A stretch of 64,000 nt of DNA. Source: Gammaproteobacteria bacterium. GTDB lineage: Bacteria > Pseudomonadota > Gammaproteobacteria > SURF-13. Below, piece after piece: positions 60,825 to 64,000 of the stretch. Both the position numbers and the translations under genes were made by a program. The stretch's first letter is position 1; the number at the start of each line of letters is the position of its first letter. The DNA lies in NCBI GenBank assembly GCA_016195665.1, contig JACPZD010000001.1, positions 282,848 through 346,847 on the forward strand, given 5' to 3'. A model generated the notes under the pieces. It was not told the origin of the DNA. It saw only the letters and a list, made by a program, of their open reading frames with translations, and made no database searches.

Positions 60825-62297
60825 ATGGGCGAGATAGCCATCCAAAGCTCTATTGATGCCGCAAGGCTTGACGTCGGCAGTTCGCTTGAAGCGAACCGAA
60901 AATCCGAGCTCGGCCAGTTCATGACGCCTGCGGCAATCGCTACGTTCATGACGTCCCTTTTCTCCGCCACGACCAAGACAATACACCTGCTGGACGCCGG
61001 CGCAGGGGTGGGCTCGCTCACAAGCGCCTTCCTCGATCGTTTCCAAAGTTCGACAGCTTTGGTCGAGGCGTGGGAGATCGATCCATTATTGAAGATGCAT
61101 CTGGCCGATATGCTGGCTTCGTATGCCCGCGCGGGATTGGCGAGCACGATTCATAATTCCGACTTTATCGAGGATGCGGTTTGGAATATCTCGATGGAGG
61201 GAGGCCAACGATTTACCCATGCCATCCTTAACCCGCCCTATCGAAAAATAAAGAGCGACAGTAAGTACCGCTACTTGTTGCGGGATGTGGGTATCGAGAC
61301 GGTCAATCTCTATACCGCGTTTCTCGCGTTGGCTATCCTGCTCATGGAGGAAGATGGCGAGATAGTGGCCATTGTTCCAAGGTCTTTTTGCAACGGAACC
61401 TATTACCGCCCGTTTCGGGAGCAGTTACTGCAAAGCTGCGCCATCGAACATATCCATGTGTTCGAGGCAAGAAACAAGGCATTCAGCGACGATGATGTGC
61501 TCCAGGAGAACATCATCGTCAAGCTCAAGAAGGCCGGGACACAAGGTGCTGTAACGGTGAGCGAGAGTCACGACGCTACATTCAGCGATTACCACGCGCG
61601 TGCATTGCCATTCGGCCGGATCGTCAAAGATGGCGATGCGGAGCGTTTCATTCACATTCCTGTACTTGCCAATGCCGGTGATGGCACACACGGGTTGTTT
61701 AGCCATAGCCTGAAAGAACTCGGCATTGAGGTTTGTACCGGTCCCGTTGTTGATTTCAGGCTGCGGGGGCATTGCCGCCCGGAACCGGACCCCGGCACGG
61801 TCCCTCTGATTTATGCCCATCACTTTTCTGATGGGAAGCTTGTTTATCCAAAGACACACAAGAAACCGAATGCGATTCTGTTGGCGGAGGAAACCCGGAA
61901 ATGGCTGATGCCAAAGGGCTTCTATGTCCTGACCAAGCGCTTCTCCAGCAAGGAAGAGCGCCGCCGGGTCGTCGCATTCGTGATCGACCCGAATGAACTG
62001 CCTGCGCCGTTCTATGGCTTCGAGAACCATCTGAATGTTTTTCATATCGCAAAACATGGCATGGACAAGGAAACCGCACTCGGTATGGCGCTGTTCCTGA
62101 ATTCAACGGTCGTGGATTCCCATTTCCGGGTTTTTTCGGGCCACACGCAGGTGAACGCGACAGACCTGCGGCAGATGCGTTACCCGAGCCACGAGCAGTT
62201 GTTGGAGCTTGGCCGGCTGGCGACAGCGGAAGCCCGCGATCAGGCCGCTATCGACCGATTGATAAAAGAAGTCGAAACAAGATGGCAGTCAAAGTAA
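60825..62297 (+). CDS. N6-adenine DNA methyltransferase, BsuBI/PstI-like
   Basis: GQFMTP, LDAGAGVG, NPPY, KRFSSKEE.RR and FSGHTQVNATDL motifs. Confidence 0.9.
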   Translation: MGEIAIQSSIDAARLDVGSSLEANRKSELGQFMTPAAIATFMTSLFSATTKTIHLLDAGAGVGSLTSAFLDRFQSSTALVEAWEIDPLLKMHLADMLASYARAGLASTIHNSDFIEDAVWNISMEGGQRFTHAILNPPYRKIKSDSKYRYLLRDVGIETVNLYTAFLALAILLMEEDGEIVAIVPRSFCNGTYYRPFREQLLQSCAIEHIHVFEARNKAFSDDDVLQENIIVKLKKAGTQGAVTVSESHDATFSDYHARALPFGRIVKDGDAERFIHIPVLANAGDGTHGLFSHSLKELGIEVCTGPVVDFRLRGHCRPEPDPGTVPLIYAHHFSDGKLVYPKTHKKPNAILLAEETRKWLMPKGFYVLTKRFSSKEERRRVVAFVIDPNELPAPFYGFENHLNVFHIAKHGMDKETALGMALFLNSTVVDSHFRVFSGHTQVNATDLRQMRYPSHEQLLELGRLATAEARDQAAIDRLIKEVETRWQSK

Positions 62298-63236
62298 AAC
62301 ATATTCAGGAAGCGTTAACCGTTCTGAGCGAGCTGGGCATGCCCAATGAGCAGCTACACGAACGCACCGCCATCTGTCTGCTGGCGTTGCTGGACTTAAC
62401 GAAGGACAGGGCCTGGAGCGATGCTCAAGACCCGAGACTGGGTATCCGCGCAATCCTCGACTTCGCGCGCAGCAAATACAAACGCCTCTACGCGGAGAAC
62501 ACCCGCGAAACCATCCGCGATGAAAGCATCAAGCCATTGGTATCGGCCGGCGTAGTCATGCACAACCCGGACGACACGTCCCGCGCCGTAAACAGCCCCA
62601 AGAACTGCTATCAGGTTGAGCCGGCCGCGCTCGCGCTTTTCCGCACCTTCGGGAAGAGAACATGGGGCGGAACATTAACCGCTTATCTCTCCGGGCGTCT
62701 GACGCTGGCCGATAAATATGCGCGCCATCGCGACATGGCCAGAATCCCCGTCCGGATCAAGGACGGGGAGACCATCACCCTGAGCGCAGGCGAACATTCA
62801 GAACTCATTCGCGCTATTCTCGAGGAGTTCTCGCCGCGCTTTGTTCCGAATGGCGAACTCATCTACGTGGGCGACACAGGCAGTAAATGGGGGGTACTTC
62901 GATCGAGACCTCCTTGGGTCGCTAGGTATTGATGTCGGCCAGCACGGCAGGATGCCGGACGTGGTGATTTATTTCCGCGAGAAGAACTGGTTGATACTGG
63001 CCGATGCGGTAACAAGCAGCGGCCCGGTAGACGGGCGCAGACATGCCGAGATATCCGAGCTGTTCAGGGACTCGACCGCGGGGCTCGTTTATGTCACGGC
63101 CTTCCCAAGCCGCGGCGAAGTCATGCGGAAATATCTGTCCGTGATTGCATGGGAAACGGAGGTGTGGAGCGCGGATGCACCAACGCATCTTATCCACTTC
63201 AATGGCAGCCGTTTCTTGGGCCCGTACTCAAAGTGA
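62282..63236 (+). pseudogene. BsuBI/PstI-family type II restriction endonuclease, frameshifted at a G6 run (62889-62894)
   Basis: YAENTRETIR, NSPK, G.HS.LI and YVGDTG in the first frame; HGRMPDV, TSSGP and IAWETEVW....P.HLIHFNG in the next. Confidence 0.85.
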
Positions 63237-63248
63237 GAACATAAGCCC

Positions 63249-63626
63249 ATGGCCGGATTCATATTACGTCTGTTGATTGTTGCGCTTGGGCTCTGGCTGG
63301 CGTCTGAGTTGGTGCCGGGCATAGAGGTGAAAGGCGTAGGGACGTTGCTCGGGGCGGCGCTGTTGCTTGGCATTGTCAATGCCGTGGTGCGGCCGGTGCT
63401 GATTATCCTGACGCTGCCTGCCACTGTCTTCACGCTTGGGCTGTTTCTGCTGGTGATCAATGCGGCGATGCTGGGACTGGTGGCGTGGATGTTCGACAAC
63501 TTCACCATCGCGGGTTTCTGGCCGGCGTTGTTCGGCTCCATTGTCGTGAGCATAACCGGATGGCTCGCGTCGCACTTCATCGGCCCGCGCGGGCGGGTCG
63601 AGATCATCGTGGTACGGAATCGGTGA
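63249..63626 (+). CDS. YvlD/DUF360-like membrane protein (annotated as phage holin family)
   Basis: NAVVRP.L..LTLP...TLGLF.LVINA motif. Confidence 0.85.
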   Translation: MAGFILRLLIVALGLWLASELVPGIEVKGVGTLLGAALLLGIVNAVVRPVLIILTLPATVFTLGLFLLVINAAMLGLVAWMFDNFTIAGFWPALFGSIVVSITGWLASHFIGPRGRVEIIVVRNR

Positions 63627-63689
63627 TTTGTTTGATACCCAGATTTCATTCCATCCGGGCTACGTCGACAGGCTCGACGAGTCAAGCCA

Positions 63690-64000
63690 TCAAAACTCGT
63701 ATTCGATCTGCGCCCTGAGCGTATCGTTGGGGGCGGCATCGCTCACTCCATGCAGCCAGGCGGCGTTGTATTTAATCGCCCGGCGTCCTTCCAGGCCGAT
63801 CTTGCCAAACACGGCTGGGCCGAAGCGATGGTTCTGTTCGCTCGCCGGATCCCAATCGTTCCACTTGCCCATCTCGCCAAAGCCCTGCAGGCCAAACTCG
63901 AAGGCCGGTTGCCAGCGGTATTTCACCTGCCACTGATAGCCGATTTCCGTATTGTGCGGCATATCCGGGTCATCCCCGCTGAATCTGCGTTCAAATAGCA
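63690..64000 (-). CDS. C-terminal part of a probable outer-membrane beta-barrel protein (runs off the window edge)
   Basis: Amphipathic strands and a terminal EYEF. Confidence 0.6.
   Translation of the reverse strand, partial: LFERRFSGDDPDMPHNTEIGYQWQVKYRWQPAFEFGLQGFGEMGKWNDWDPASEQNHRFGPAVFGKIGLEGRRAIKYNAAWLHGVSDAAPNDTLRAQIEYEF

Noticed and set aside
63249..63626. Prophage suggested by the holin-family gene
   Set aside because: YvlD/DUF360 proteins are common chromosomal membrane proteins, and no other phage genes are nearby.

Overview
Gammaproteobacterial-type chromosomal window (taxon inferred from gene order, e.g. ftsYEX-rpoH and comF-bioBFHCD). (1) 1-16.1 kb: a phosphate-scavenging region. 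It has an IS5-family element inside a decayed gene, a porin divergent from an operon of secreted phosphoesterases (phytase-like/GDPD fusion, phoD remnant, 5'-nucleotidase, metallophosphoesterase), several Pho-box-like arrays, a candidate PhoB-driven sRNA, a psd-like/methyltransferase pair, an EAL-CBS-GGDEF protein, phoB without a neighbouring phoR, sixA and tRNA-Gly(CCC). (2) 16-40 kb: mostly housekeeping genes (acyl-CoA ligase, thiS-thiG, trmB, comF, bioBFHCD, rpoH, ftsYEX, M16 peptidase pair, rsmD, coaD, ggt). Inserted among them are a PemK/MazF toxin-antitoxin pair, an S8 protease frameshifted at a G12 tract, and a REC-REC-GGDEF gene. (3) 40-57.5 kb: the best candidate for an under-described system, a cluster of about 25 genes around a divergent cbb3-like heme-copper oxidase. 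It has CcoN and CcoO but no heme-bearing CcoP, plus a diheme c4, two monoheme cytochromes, two stand-alone 4-TM HxH proteins, CcoG- and CcoS-like proteins, a thioredoxin-like lipoprotein, an FGE-fold protein lacking the catalytic Cys pair, a membrane spermidine-synthase-like protein, and four small membrane ORFs missing from the ORF track. (4) 57.7-64 kb: recQ, a BsuBI/PstI-type RM system with a frameshifted endonuclease, a YvlD-like membrane protein and a partial outer-membrane protein. Small palindromic or MITE-like repeats occur throughout, and several lie in-frame inside proteins or supply stop codons. All calls come from motif recognition by eye; no database searches were run.
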